Shown here: positions 35,517-48,897 of the stretch, piece by piece
Layout: each line of letters begins with the position of its first letter
Position numbering within the stretch: the stretch's first letter is position 1
Origin: Blepharisma stoltei ATCC 30299
Taxonomy: Eukaryota > Protista > Ciliophora
Length of the DNA: 64,000 nt
Direction of reading: 5' to 3'
Assembly (NCBI GenBank): GCA_965603825.1
Contig: CBFDEM010000021.1
Span: 558,001 to 622,000, forward strand
Program-made: the position numbers and the translations under genes
The notes under the pieces: model-generated
Database searches by the model: none
What the model was told of the DNA's origin: nothing
Seen by the model: only the letters and a program-made list of their open reading frames with translations

Positions 35517-36786
35517 GACTCATGATTTCACTGATCTTCTTGAGTAATAACTAAAAGTTGAAAAAAATTAAGAGTATTTAAATTAATTCCATAAGAAGAG
35601 AGATATTAATTCTCGCTTAATAAAGCTTGCTCAGTATCTTTTATCATTAAGCCTATAATTTTTACTGCTTGATGCATTTTCCCTAATTTTCTTATTGTGA
35701 GAGTCTTTTCCTTGCTCAAAGGGAATTCTTAAAATTTCTTTATCTAAAATGTTTTAATCCCATTAATTCTTTGAAAAAGCTTCATATAATTAATTTCGAT
35801 AGAGGTATATTTTCCTAAACGAATCTTTAGATTAATCACACAAGCCCATGATCTTGGGTTAAATCATAACTTCTCAATAGGTTTACACCTTCCGAGCTTC
35901 TTTCTATTAAGTATTGATCAAGAATTTTTAAAGAGTTCACAAAGCGACACAAATTTGGAATAGCTTGATATAAAAAATCTGTAGATTTTTCAAGTTGATA
36001 AAATTATAATGCTGCTTATAGGATGCATTTTCACTGCAGTGTATCATTTTTAGATATGGCATGATGATAATACACAAGACAAATTTACAAATTGATTGAT
36101 AGGTTTTTCTTGTTGGTTTAACATTGAGTTGCAAAGAACAAGAAGTGAAAAACATATTTTGGCCCCGCAGCCCTGGAACAAAGAACAAAGGCATCCAAAT
36201 ATTTATATCACTAGCATTGAAAAGATGCAATAGCTCAATACGCTTTATATATGGTGCTGATGAGCTTCCCGCACATTCTTTTATCGCCTTAATACTTTTT
36301 GGATCATTATGATCCTCGATAGCAATGCTGCCATTTCAATATAAGCAAATAATTTTTCTTCTAAAATCGAAGCATTCAGTCTTAGTTTTGTAATTCGACC
36401 TAGTAGTAATTTTTTCATATTCATCAGGTTTTTGAGTATTTCTTATTCATCTTAAAGTCATTTGATAAGGCTATTAGTTCTATGGATTGTTTCTAAACTT
36501 TGTTTTGTAAGTTTTCTTAAAGATTATTAATATGTGTAAACTGATTAATATACTATTAGCGATGCCAATATATTAAATTTAGAAAATGGAGCTATCTATC
36601 CAATTTAATTTTTTTAGCAACAATCTTATTTTTATAATAAGCAAAAGTTTCAATAACTGCTTTTTATAGCCAATATTTAGTTCAATATAGCTAAATTAAG
36701 GATAATTCCTATTCCACATTTTATCAAAATATGAAGTCATAATTTATTTCTTACATTTAGACAATAATATAATTTTTTATAATTTA

Positions 36787-39700
36787 ATGCAGCAAAATCA
36801 TGAAAGCGCATTTAACAGCTTTAGTTATTCCCAAATTAATTCCTCAGCAGGAATTCTTGATGCTCTTCTAAAATTTTCCAACATTCTCTCAGATTTGTTA
36901 AGAATTGAAAATCTATCGATAGAAACTCTTAAAGGAAAAATTATTTATATATGTAGGATACTTACTGGAGCATCTTGAGTTGAAGTATTGCTAAAAGAAG
37001 ACCACTATTTATTAGCAAGTGGCAAAGCCCAACCAGTCTCAAAGCTTGAAATTGATGAATCCTCTTTTCCAGGATATTGCGCATTGCATAAAACTCGCCA
37101 AGCTCTCTACAATTTAAACTCATCGTCATTTTACACCTCATTTGATTTTAAGCTTTATCCTTTCACTGCCAATGGCACACAGCAAGTCCCCGCATCTTCA
37201 GTTGCTTGCATCCCAATTGTAAAAAATGGCGAAGTCAATATAGTGCTTGTTTTATTCAATAAAATTGACGAAAACAACTCAATAAGCTATTTTACAGAAA
37301 ATGACATGAATATCATTCAGGCAATAGGAGAAATGATGCTTGGGCTACTAGATATTATCAACCATTGCAAAGAATTAGAGACAAAGTCCTTTAACCAAAA
37401 GAAATTAGCTGAGGAAAATACAAATATAACAAATTGCACACATAAAATGATGATAAGAAGAAAGCTCCTTTCAAAATGCATTGAAATTATTACTGAAGAA
37501 AATGTTATAACGCAGCCTATTTTAAAACTAATTGGAGAAGTCATGGAAAGTGATGGACTAATAGTACACTTATTAGAAAAAAGCAATTCTTTGACGCCTA
37601 TTGTTGTCAGTGGATTAAGCGATATTGCCTTTTCAACAAAAACATCTGAATACGTTGCACTGGTAATTAAAGAAATCCTGAATGTCAACGATCTTGCTGC
37701 TGAACCATTATGAGATAAAGATAAAAAGCTAAAGATGAGAAGTTTATTAGCATGTCCTATATTTGACAAGAATAATGAAGTCGTAGCTGTGATTGAATTC
37801 TTCAGAAAACATAAACCTTTTAGCTCAAGTGATGAAAGAATTGCAAAAGAATTATTAAAGGCGATTGAAAAAGTTCACCCAGAAAGGTTTATTGGGAGAA
37901 GCAACCCCAACTTATCAAAAGTTCAAGAGAGGGCGATTAATTCAAAATTAAAAGACATCCGCATATTTAGGTTTAATCAAGATGATTTTTTTAACTTCGC
38001 AAATATATTAGAAGAAATTCGAACAAGCCTGAGACAGCTGGTAAGTCATGAAGAGTCAAATATATACATTGCAGATCAAAAATGGGGATGCTTATGGACA
38101 AAGCAGTCAGAAGAATGCGACACTTTAACTCAACTTATGGAGCAAGATACTTTATTAGGCTATGTTTACCATATACAAAAGCCTGTAATACTACCAAATA
38201 ATGATATTCAGCTATCAGATAGTGCAAGATTCCATAATCAATTTGTTATTTGCGCTCCAATAATCAGTGACATTTCAGAGTACCCTGTAATTGGCATTTT
38301 ATTACTGACAAGAAATCATAAAGCCTTCACTGCTTCTGAAATATGGATTTTGAATATTTTTTGTACAAAAATCGCGAAAAATTTTGAAAATATTTATATT
38401 TATTCATCTGAGTCTAAAGCTATCATATCTGAAATGCCACCATCTCCTGATTTGTCACCTACTGAAAATTTTAGGAGAATGAATTCAAAATCTTATATAA
38501 AACTAAGGCAGGAATATGCCCAAGACTTTTCTTCTCCAACAGAAACACCAGAAGCCCCTCACAACATGAATGATTTATATAGCTTTTCCCATCTCCCTCC
38601 AAATAAAATCAATGAGCTAAAGATTTTATTGTCATCTATACAGTCTAACCCAGGCAATTCCCTATCTACCTTAGCCCATGGACTTCAAAAAATTATTCCT
38701 AGTCAAGGGAGTAAACTTTTACTGTTTGATCAGACTGAGCAATACTTAGTTGACGCTATTTCTGGAAGCTTAATGAAACCATCAGGACTTATCAATCAAT
38801 GCCTTGAAAAACGGCTGCCAATCATATTAAAATCAGATGCGTGAGCAAACAAGTGTTTTGATGATCATATTGATTGTCTTGGTATTGAGGATGAAATTGA
38901 TTCATTTTTAGCTGTTCCTGTTCAAAGTATAATGGATCACCCATTAGGAGTCCTCGCCTTTGTTAATGCTTCTACTAGTTTTGAAGAAGAAGATATCGCA
39001 ACTGCTAAATTTTTATCTTTAATAACCCGTGAATTTGCAATGGCGAAGGATGAATCTCTGAAAAATTATCAAAGTGTAGTAAAGATGGGTAGAAAGCATA
39101 AAATGCTGCAGCAATGATGCAAACAAGTGTTTTTTGTGGCAAACTCAGCCCAAAATAAAATGACGATTGCTAAAGATATTCTCCACAGTCTTTTCGAAGA
39201 AGAAAAAATTGACTCACTTATTAAATACGCATTAGAGATTATATGCGCTTTAACTAACGCTGAAGAAGCTGGGGTTGTTTATAAAGAAGGAAATACCTTT
39301 GTGGAACGTCTACTGGTAAAAGGGAAATACAAAAAGAGCACAGCAATAGAGGAAGAAGCCTGGGTAATGAAATCTCTTGATATAAGAAGAACTATATCAT
39401 TGAATACTCACATAAATAGAGAAAACATGATAATTGTCCCATATCTTCAAGAACAATGCGAAACTGTAATCGTAAAAGTCTGAAACAAAAAAGACGATAC
39501 ACTTTCGTACTATTGCAATTTCAGCAAAGATGATGAAATTATCATTTATAGCTTCGCTGATGCTATAAGTGAAGCTCTTAATATCTTTAATGATGAAAGC
39601 AAAATAGATTCATTAATGAAGCTTAAGCAGCTTATAAGAGACCACGCCTCAAATTTAAACACTTATTCCTTTATGAGCACTATAAGATGCGCGTTGAAAA

Positions 39701-41790
39701 AACTTTTAGATTGCGATAGGGCTAGCATTTTTGTTAGAGAAGGTAAAAACATGGTAATAAGGGCTCAAGGCCTTGATTTAGGAATTCCTGTAGGTTTAAG
39801 TATTCCCATCGGCAAAGGGATAATTGGAAATGTAGCTCAAACAGCAAAAATAGAAAATATTAAAGATGTATATGAAGATCCAAGGTTTAACCCAGAAGTT
39901 GATAGGTCAACTGGCTATAAAACATCAACAATGCTATGCATGCCTGTATTAGATCCTAAAGGCAAAGTAATTGCTGCCGTCCAAATGATCAATAAAAGGC
40001 AAGGATTTTTCGACAAAAGTGATGAACAAACTTTGGAAATTTTCTGCGAAATTATCTCGACTGTTTTAGAGAACTGGGATATCTTCCAACACCAAATTGA
40101 AGAAAGATCAAGATTTTTAAATGTTTTTAACAGCATAGGTAACTATATTTTGGTGCTTGACAAAGATGGAACACTTGAATACTGTAATAAAGCACTCGAA
40201 AATCTGTTTGGTGTTCCAGAAAAAATAGCGAAAAAATCTCATTATTCGAGTTGACTGAGAGATAATAGGCAACTCGTTCATGATATTACAGGAGTTTACC
40301 AAAAATTTTCTAAGCGTATTTACAGGTCATCTCAAAAGATTGCATCAGTTCTAAAGAAAAAAGTTAATAACCCGTCACCAGAACCACAAAATTTAATTAT
40401 GAACTACACCATTATTGAGTTGCAAGATTTCTTTAATTTAAACTCATTTGGAGTAATTCTTATATTTGAAGATGCAACTGCAATTGAAGAGTTAAATTCA
40501 AAATTCATGAAAATCCAAAACGAATTATCAGCGCTAAAAAATTCCGTTAATTCAGAAACCTCCCTTCAAAGATGCATTCAAAAATTAACCTTTATTGCCT
40601 CAGAAAACGATACAGATAACGAAACTTCAAACCAAATATTTGAAATAGTCAAAGTTTTAAAAGAAGGAAACTTAAATAGAGCAGTGGTTAGTTTTCCAGA
40701 AGATTTGGAAACTTTGAGAGCTGAAGTCAAGCAAGGACTGAAAGCTTATGTTGGGCTAGAAGAAAATAATAATGAAAACGTAAGATTATCTGTACCAGTT
40801 TCTCATCAAAGGCGAAAATATTCAGGAATATTAACAGTTGATATAGAAATGCTAAGAAATATAGACATTAATGTTTTTGAAATCGAGGACCATTTCCAAT
40901 TTGTATATGGAATGTATCAAGATTTTGATCTTATTAATCAATTTGATATCCCTCAAGATAAACTTGAAAATTTTGTAAGGGATGTAAAAGAGCATTATGA
41001 AATTTATATTAACCCATTTCATAACTTTTATCACGGACTAAACGTGCTGCATTCGATATATTTCCTATTGTCTTCTACCTCAGGAGCCTCATTTTTTGGC
41101 CCATTAGAAATATTTTCATTTTTCACAGCAGCACTATGCCATGATATTGAGCACCCAGGGAGAACAAATGCATTTGAAATGAATAGAGAGAGTCATTTAT
41201 CGGTTATTTATAATGATAAATCTGTATTAGAAAATCATCATGCAGCCACTGCATTCAGATTGCTCCAAATTGAAAAAAATAACATCATACAATCATTGGC
41301 ACCTGATTTCAGGAAAAGATTTAGGAAAGTTGTCATCGTTAGCATACTGGGGACTGATATGGCAAAGCACTTCCCAATGATATCAAATATGACCGCAAGG
41401 TTTAAAGATATACATGAAAATCCGCTGGGATCGAGAGACTCGGATCTTGATGATGTTGCAGAGTTTCTTTTGCATTGCTCAGACTTAGCGCATCAGTGTA
41501 AAAAGGCAGAAGTTTACCAAATGTGGTCACAAAAGTTGGCAGATGAATTCACAAGGCAATATGAAGAAGAGCTGAGACTGGGAATGCCACCTACAGAAAT
41601 ATTTAAGGATTTAGACAAGCCTGAAGTGTATTATAGCAATGAATTAGGATTTCTGAAATTTATGATTAAACCACTTTGGGAGTGCGCTAATTTATGGCTA
41701 AGTCCACATATTGACAAAATGATAGAGAATATGAATAACAACATTGAGTTTTATCAAAAGAAGAAAGAAGAGCATACCAAAAATAAATAA
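36787..41790 (+). CDS. Class I cyclic-nucleotide phosphodiesterase with multiple GAF domains and a PAS-like domain (1667 aa)
   Basis: Seven ORF pieces in one frame split by six TGA (36976, 37711, 38842, 39115, 39481, 40252); DVYEDPRFN.EVDRSTGYKT..MLCMP; FHNFYHG, HDIEHPG, LENHH, TDMAKH. Confidence 0.93.
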
Positions 41791-41996
41791 TTTAAATTGA
41801 TCAAACTTGAGAAGAAATTTTGTTCTATTTATTTTCCTTAATTAAATATTCTACTCCCCTAGTAAGTTCATTAATTATTCAATATTAAAATAGTAAATTG
41901 GTTAAAGCAAACAATAATTTGGAAATAGCATATCTTAATAAGTTCAAATTAAACAAATATTACTTGTCTCAAATATGGTCTTTATAATTTATTCGG

Positions 41997-42695
41997 ATGA
42001 ACGAGAGTGACGCAAGAGAACGTATTAGACAGATGATCTCCTTCGTCCAAGAAGAAGCCAAAGAAAAAGCCAGAGAGATTGAAAGCAAAACTGAGCACGA
42101 GTACAACCTAGCCAAAGCTAAACATCTCCACAACGCCAAAGAAAAACTCACAGCTGAGTACGAAAAGAAGTGGAAACAGCTAGAAGTTAAGAAAAGAATC
42201 AGCAAGAGTACAGCAATTAACGCAGCCCGTATGGAAATTATGACAACCAGAAACAACTGCATGAACCAGCTCCTTGAGGATACAAAACATTCTATCCTTC
42301 GAAATATCGCGAGCAACCCAAATCAGTATAAGGATTTCTTGAAAAGATTACTTGTTCAGAGCTTTATAAAAATGCTTGAAGCTGAAATCACACTTCAGTG
42401 CCGTCGTGAAGATTTAGCTTTAGTTGAACAAATTCTCCCTGAGTCAATTTCTACTTATTTGGATATGATTAATAGCCAGACATCTGGACATTACAGCTTG
42501 AATGTGACTATTGATAAAAACAATTTCTTGCCACCTGCGCCTGTAGCTGATTCGCATGCAGCAAGCTGCTGTGGAGGAGTTATTCTTACATCTCAGGGAG
42601 GGCTGATTAGATGCATCAATACAGTTGATGAAAGACTTGAGCTTGCTTTCAACAATACCGTCCCACTGCTTAGAAGGATAGTCTTTGGTAATTAA
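41997..42695 (+). CDS. ATP6V1E: V-type proton ATPase subunit E
   Basis: QMISFVQEEAKEKAREI, CRREDL.LV, GGVIL, NTVDERL. Confidence 0.95.
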   Translation: MNESDARERIRQMISFVQEEAKEKAREIESKTEHEYNLAKAKHLHNAKEKLTAEYEKKWKQLEVKKRISKSTAINAARMEIMTTRNNCMNQLLEDTKHSILRNIASNPNQYKDFLKRLLVQSFIKMLEAEITLQCRREDLALVEQILPESISTYLDMINSQTSGHYSLNVTIDKNNFLPPAPVADSHAASCCGGVILTSQGGLIRCINTVDERLELAFNNTVPLLRRIVFGN

Positions 42696-42857
42696 GTTAA
42701 GAAACCTATTAGTTAATAATTCATATATCATATAAAATTTTCATTCTTATAGAAATATTTTTATATATCTATTTATAATTACTGCTCTATTAATCATCTA
42801 TTTTATTCGAGATTTCTAACCTTTTTTGATTCATATATATTAAATAATAATTTTCTA

Positions 42858-45800
42858 ATGGATTTAGTAAGACGGGGAATCGCATCTCAAGAAGAATATG
42901 AAGCTGCCATCAGCCTGCTTCCTGAATCAATTAAAAAAGCATCTCTGAATGTCTGCAAAGACGTAGTTTCATTCATCAAAAAAATTATCAAGGATAAGCA
43001 TTCACCTCCAAAATCTAAATTATTAGCGATAAAATTGTTTCATACATGCATGATGGCTGGCAACGTCCATTTTCTCCAGTACTCTCAAAAAAAAATAATG
43101 AGCAGGTTAACAATTTTGGCTGCGCATAAGAAAAATAATCCTGATGAATCTCGAGGAGATGATCTGTGGGGAAGAGACAGCTTGTCATCTGAAGAAAATA
43201 GGAGGGCATCAAGAGAGTTTTTAATGAATTTATTGGTTTTTATCCAAACTTGAGCATCTCAGTATGGAAAAACGCCTGATGGGAAAATGAGCGCTTATTA
43301 TAAGGCTTATCAGAGTTTAAGACAAGATGGAGTTTCTTTCCCACAAAGAAATCTGGCTGCTAGTCCTATGCCGAGGCAAGCAGAAAACAATGCCCCAAGA
43401 CAATCAATGCAGAATTATCCATCACAAGCAAGACAGCCGCAGAGGTCAAATAGAAGATTGAGCACACAAAAGAAGACTGAAATTCAAAGCACATTAGAAA
43501 TACTTTCAGAAATGCTCAAAACAGATGGATGTGACCAAGATTTCTTAAATGAGATAACAGGATCATTAAAAGTCCAGAAAGGTGAAATAGAAAGAGAAAT
43601 TGCTATTGCTAGCAATTCGAATGATTCTGAGTATTTGCAAGAACTTATAATTATAAATGATAGGATTCAAGCAGCTTTGGAAAAGCACTCAGAAAGCCAA
43701 ATAATTGAAGTCCCTGATGATATGGAAGAGGGAATTTCCGTTTCAGTTCCAGCCATTTCTAAGCCAGCTAAAGATTCTATGAGAGATTCGGAAAAATTTC
43801 AATTCAGCTTTGACATGCCGGCCCAACAAGAATTTTCTGCAATGAATTTCGCAACCCACAACCCTAATAGTTCTGATTTATTATCCCCAGAGAAATTTAA
43901 ATCAGAAACCAGCATCAAACTTCCTAAATCACAGTCAAAAGAAGAAGGTGATAAAAGAGAAATTCTCTTACCTGCTAAAAAAGAAGAAAAAAAAGAAATT
44001 ATCCCACCAGCAAAAAAAGAAATAAAAGAAGTTGCTTCTCCAATTAAAAGAGAAAAAGAAATAAGGGAAGTTATTTCACCAGTTAAAAAAGAGGCAGAAA
44101 TTAATGCAGGATTAGTAATAGAAAATCAAAGCAATGGAAAAATAAAAGATTTAGAAAAAAGAAATGAGATTTTAGTCGAAGAAAACAAAAAATTACGTGA
44201 AATTAAGAGTGAGTTCAAAAAGGCAAAACAGGAAAATGAGTTTTTAAGAGAGGAAAACGAAGGCATGAAAGAGACTATTAAAATGATGCAAGAATCAATT
44301 GAAGAAATCAAAGATTTAAGAAAATCCAATAAATCCCTAAAAGCTGTGGTTAATGAATTTGAAGATTGAAAAAAAGAGAGAGAACAGCTGACCAGCGAAA
44401 ATAATAGGCTAAAAGAAGAAATCTCTGGCTTAGAAAAAGCTGTTGAAAGCACAGGAGACTTCAACGAAGAGAAGAAACAGTTAAATCAAGCTAACAAGCG
44501 CTTAAAAGATATAATAAAAGGACTTGAAGAAACAGGTAAACTAAAAGAAAGCCAGTTCAATGGAAAAATAAAAGAATTAGAAAAAATAAAGGAATCTCTC
44601 AATGAAGAATTATCCAATTTAAATGAAATTCCCGTGCTACTAAATAATTCAAAGCAGGAAAATGAAAAACTAAAAGTAGAAAATAATCAAATGAAGGAAA
44701 CTATTAAGATTATGCAAGAGTCAATAGAGGAAATCAAAGAATTAAGAAAAACAAATAAAAGTTTGAGTTTGAAGATAAGCGAGCTTGAGGAAATAATAAA
44801 AGCAAAGGAAAAAGTAGAAAGCGAAAATGAGGCATTAAGGGAAGAAATTGAAAGACTCGAGAAAATGGTTGAAAATAAAGAAGATATAAATGAAGAAAGA
44901 AAAGAATTGAAACAAGTTAACAAGCATTTAAAAGAAACTATAAGAGAGCTTGAAGGATCGATTAAATTAAAAGAAGAGCTGGCGAAAGAATACGATAATT
45001 TAGCAAATGAAAACGAAGAGTTGAAGAAAAATCTTCAATCTCAAAAAGAGCTTGAAAAGCGTATCAATATCATTTCAAACGAAAATGAAAAGTTGCAAAC
45101 AAGACTTCTTTCAAGCAGTGATAAAGAAAAGCAATTAGCAGATTTAATGAGCCAGAATAGAGCTTTATCTAATGATTTTGAAAAACTGAAAAAAGAGTAT
45201 AGCGAAATTCAAAATCAAAATTCTTCTTTAATGCAAAACCTATCAGAGCTACAACAAAGTTCAAAGGAATTAAAAGAGGTAAGCAAAGAAAATTCAAAGC
45301 TTAAAAGCATAATTAATGACTATGAAGGGAAATTAAAGGATAGAGAAGAGTTATTTGCTGAAAATCAAAATCTAAATGAAATGCTGAGATTGAGTGATGT
45401 GAAAGAAAAAGAATTTGAAAAAGTTTCATCAGAAAATCAAAAATTAAAGATGATCCTCCAAGTCAACGAAGGAAAAATATCTGAGCTGGTTTTGATCAAA
45501 AATGAAAATGAAAAGCTTAAGACTGCAGTCAAAAAGTATGAAGATCAGCTTACAAAAATTAATAAAAAATATGATGATATAAAAAATCAAAATCAAGAAT
45601 TTCAAGAGAAAACTTTAGAGTTGAGTGATTTGCAGAAAAAAATCGAAGAATTCAAGCAAAAAAAGAAAGAGTTTAAAGAAAATCATGAAAAGGTAGTAGA
45701 AACACTTCAAACAGAAATAATGGATCTTAGGAAAATTAATGAAATAAACGATGATAAATTACAAATTTTAGATTCACTTGTTTTTGAAAACAGCAATTTA

Positions 45801-47174
45801 AAGTCACAGCTTGAAGTAAAAGATGAGCAAGCAAAGAAGGTTCCTCAATTAGAATTAAAAATTCAAAAAATAAGTAGCGAACTAGAAGAAAAATCTAAAT
45901 CTTGGCAGATAGAAAGAAATGAGAGCCAAAGCTCTCTTGAAATAGCAATAAAAACGATTCAAGATAAAGACGCTTTGATTCAAAACCTTAAAGAAGTAAA
46001 TTTAAGTCTCCAAAAAGAAGTTCAAGCATTAAAAGCTTCACAAAGTTACGAAAAAGTGATAAGTCAAAGGGGACTGGAGTCTCCATCGTTGCCTGAAATA
46101 GGGAAACTTCAAAGGCAATTAGATTCACCACCTATACTTGAAAAAGAAAAAATTCCAAAAAAATTGGAGTCGCCATTATTAGCTGAAACAGGAAACGTTC
46201 AAAAACCAATGAAGTCGCCATCATTAGCTGAAATAGGGAAAATTCAAAAGCCTTTGGAGTCTCCATCGATATCTGAAATAAAAAGTTCTCATAAGCAAAC
46301 TGAATCAATGCACCAAGAAAAACTTCCTATATCTCCAGATGTTAGCGTTAAGCTTAATAGCTCAAATCCATTTGGATCTTCAAGCAGTTCTGAAGAGCTA
46401 GAAATATATAATTTGGAGTTGCCAAATGAGCAAGCTGAGCCTGACTCCATTGACAATAATGAGCTATGTAGGCTATGCAACTGCGTTGATAGAGGTGTGC
46501 TTTATGATGACGATAGAATTCAAATTGGCATTAAATTAATCAAGCAAGATGATATGATTGCTGGTATTATGTATTTCGGAAATAAATACACAGAAGCAAT
46601 CAGGGATTTAAGAACCGAAGTCATTTCATATCCCAATGAGGGCTTACATTTAACTATTGATAATGAGCAATCTGATCCAATTCAGCCTAAGGCCCAATGC
46701 TTTAAGCAGATCAAAGCAAAGATATCAGGCTTCACACATAAATCTCCTAAGCTAATTATCACTCTTCGGCAAGAGCAAATAAGAAATATATGTTTAAAGC
46801 TCCCTATCACAATTTTAAGGTTTTTTGAAGGGGTGAGTAATTTTGGAAATAAAGTCTGGATCGAATGGGAAAATTTGAAGTTTAACCAATGCGAATGCAT
46901 AACACAGCTTTATCAAATAAGATCCATATCAGAGCTGGCACATCATTTATCGTTTTGTGAAGCAATTAAGATATTTTCTAATCAAGAGATTCCTAATCTT
47001 CAGACCGGGCAATTATTAGGGAGCACACATAGAGATGAAAATGAAGCTTATATTTTAGTTTCGATATCTCCAGAAACTTTAAGTGTTGATCTGAAAATAA
47101 GATCCTCAAGTAAACCTTTAAGGGAAACGCTACTTTCAATTATTAGTGCACAGATTTCTGGAAAAGCAGGATAG
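42858..47174 (+). CDS. VHS/ENTH-like + GAT + long coiled coil + alpha-adaptin ear-like domain protein
   Basis: One frame across TGA 43251 and 44367; LQELIIINDRIQAALEKH (GAT); GVLYDDDRIQIGIK..YFGNK and LKLPITILRFFE (alpha-appendage-like). Confidence 0.8.
46074..46298 (+). repeat. Five 45-nt (15-aa) coding tandem repeats, L.SP.L.E.G..QK.
   Basis: Units start at 46074, 46119, 46164, 46209, 46254. Confidence 0.85.
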
Positions 47175-47370
47175 AATGAAATTATTAATACTAAATATGT
47201 GTGAAAATTTTGTAGTTGAAATATAATAGCTTTATTATTAAATAAGGGAAGTTTTCTTATTATTTATGAGTTTTTAGGCTTAATTATTACCTGAAAATAT
47301 ATAATTAATTAATATGTTATGCTCGCTAATTTAATGAAATAAAAGGATTCGTTAATTTTTAAATTAGAAC

Positions 47371-48897
47371 ATGTTAAAGTTACAGATAAGAAGAGGAGAA
47401 TACTCATGGAGTAGTCGCAGTGTCGGATGCTTTATATTTTTGGATAATCGTCTGCTCAACATTATCACATCATTTTCTGCTGATATCAAAAATAGCGCAA
47501 AACTACCTCGAGCAGGGTCTTTGAGGTTAACTTTTAAAGACATGAAAGATGACAAAATATTAGGAAGCGTCAATATTTTAATCGAGCTTTTACCTTTGAA
47601 TAAAGCTGTTTGGCTTCCAATATTTTCATCAGAATGCGATAGTCTAAATGAGCTTCCTTTAGTTGTTAATGATCCAAAAGTTCTCATATTTTGCGAAACA
47701 GAAGAAAAGCAAAGCATAGAGATAAATGACAACGCATTTAATAAATTTTCATATGAAGTAGAAGATATCCATGCAAAGTGCAAAGAAATCGAATTTGCGA
47801 ACTCAGAAAAAATTGATTCTGGAAAGAATTTTGAAAATGACCAACCAAAAAGAAAATATGAAGAAAGAGCAGATAATTTAATGAGCCAGCCAGACTTCTT
47901 CTCGAAAAAATATGAAGAGCTTGATTCCAGATGTAAGATTAGAGAAGCTTCGCTTTTAAAACTTCTTGAACAAAAAGAATTAGAGATTAAGGCTGCTAGC
48001 GTAGAAAACGCAAAACTTCAAATCTATTCAAAGAAGCTTGAAAATGAAAATAGGGACTTATCAGATAAAATCTCTAAGCTCGAGATGAATCCTAAAAGAG
48101 AGCAAATAAATATCTTACAGAATGAGCTTATTATACTAAAAGAACAATTAGCAAACGCTGAGAAATCTATTAAAGAATTAACAGAGGAGGTTAATTCTTT
48201 CAAGAAAAATAAAACTAGCTCTTCCTTAGTCCTAAGCACTGAAATTTCAGCACTAAAGCCGAGCAATAAAAGCCAAGAAATATTATCAAACAAAAAGAGC
48301 CAGGAATGCCAAAAAGAAAATATCCATTCATTTCCAAGTTTGAAAGCGAAAATTCTGAAATTGCATATTGAGAGCAACGAAAATAAAAAAGATGAAATTG
48401 AATCCCATCGTGATGAAGTGTCAATTGATTCACTGGTGAAAGAGATTTTATCAAAAACTGGCTACAAGGGCTCATGCTCGAAAGTTAGCAAAAATGAATA
48501 TTTATTTAATGGGCAAAAGTTGTATATGCAATTAAAAGAGAATCGTATATATGCAAAGACAGGAGCTATTTTAGCTCCGCTTGAAGAGCTATTACTATCA
48601 TCTAGATATTCAGTTATTAAGCGCAATTGGGATTCTTCAACTCCAAAGAATAATGCTTATTTCTCAAATCCTTCATCACGAGCACAAAGTCCAAGGGAAG
48701 AGTTTATTCGACCAGTTATGATTAATGAATGAGAAATTAAAACATCTAGGAAATCATCACCTCAGAATTCTTTTTGCATTTCTACAGTTAGTAGCAGACA
48801 TAAGATCAAAACGCCTAATCAATCGCCATTTAGACATCGAGATTCACTGAGAAATTCCAATAGTGTTGAGCGGACTCAGCCATTCAGATTTTTATAA
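47371..48897 (+). CDS. C2-like + coiled-coil + GAS2/GAR-like protein
   Basis: ILGSVNI...WLPI (C2-like); KVSKNEYLFNGQKLYMQL..RIYAKTG..PLEELL (GAR-like); TGA 48730 read through to TAA 48895-48897. Confidence 0.72.

Noticed and set aside
10177-46298. CRISPR-like or telomeric arrays
   Set aside because: The repeats found are in-frame coding repeats without spacers; no telomere tracts, tRNA or rRNA genes were recognised
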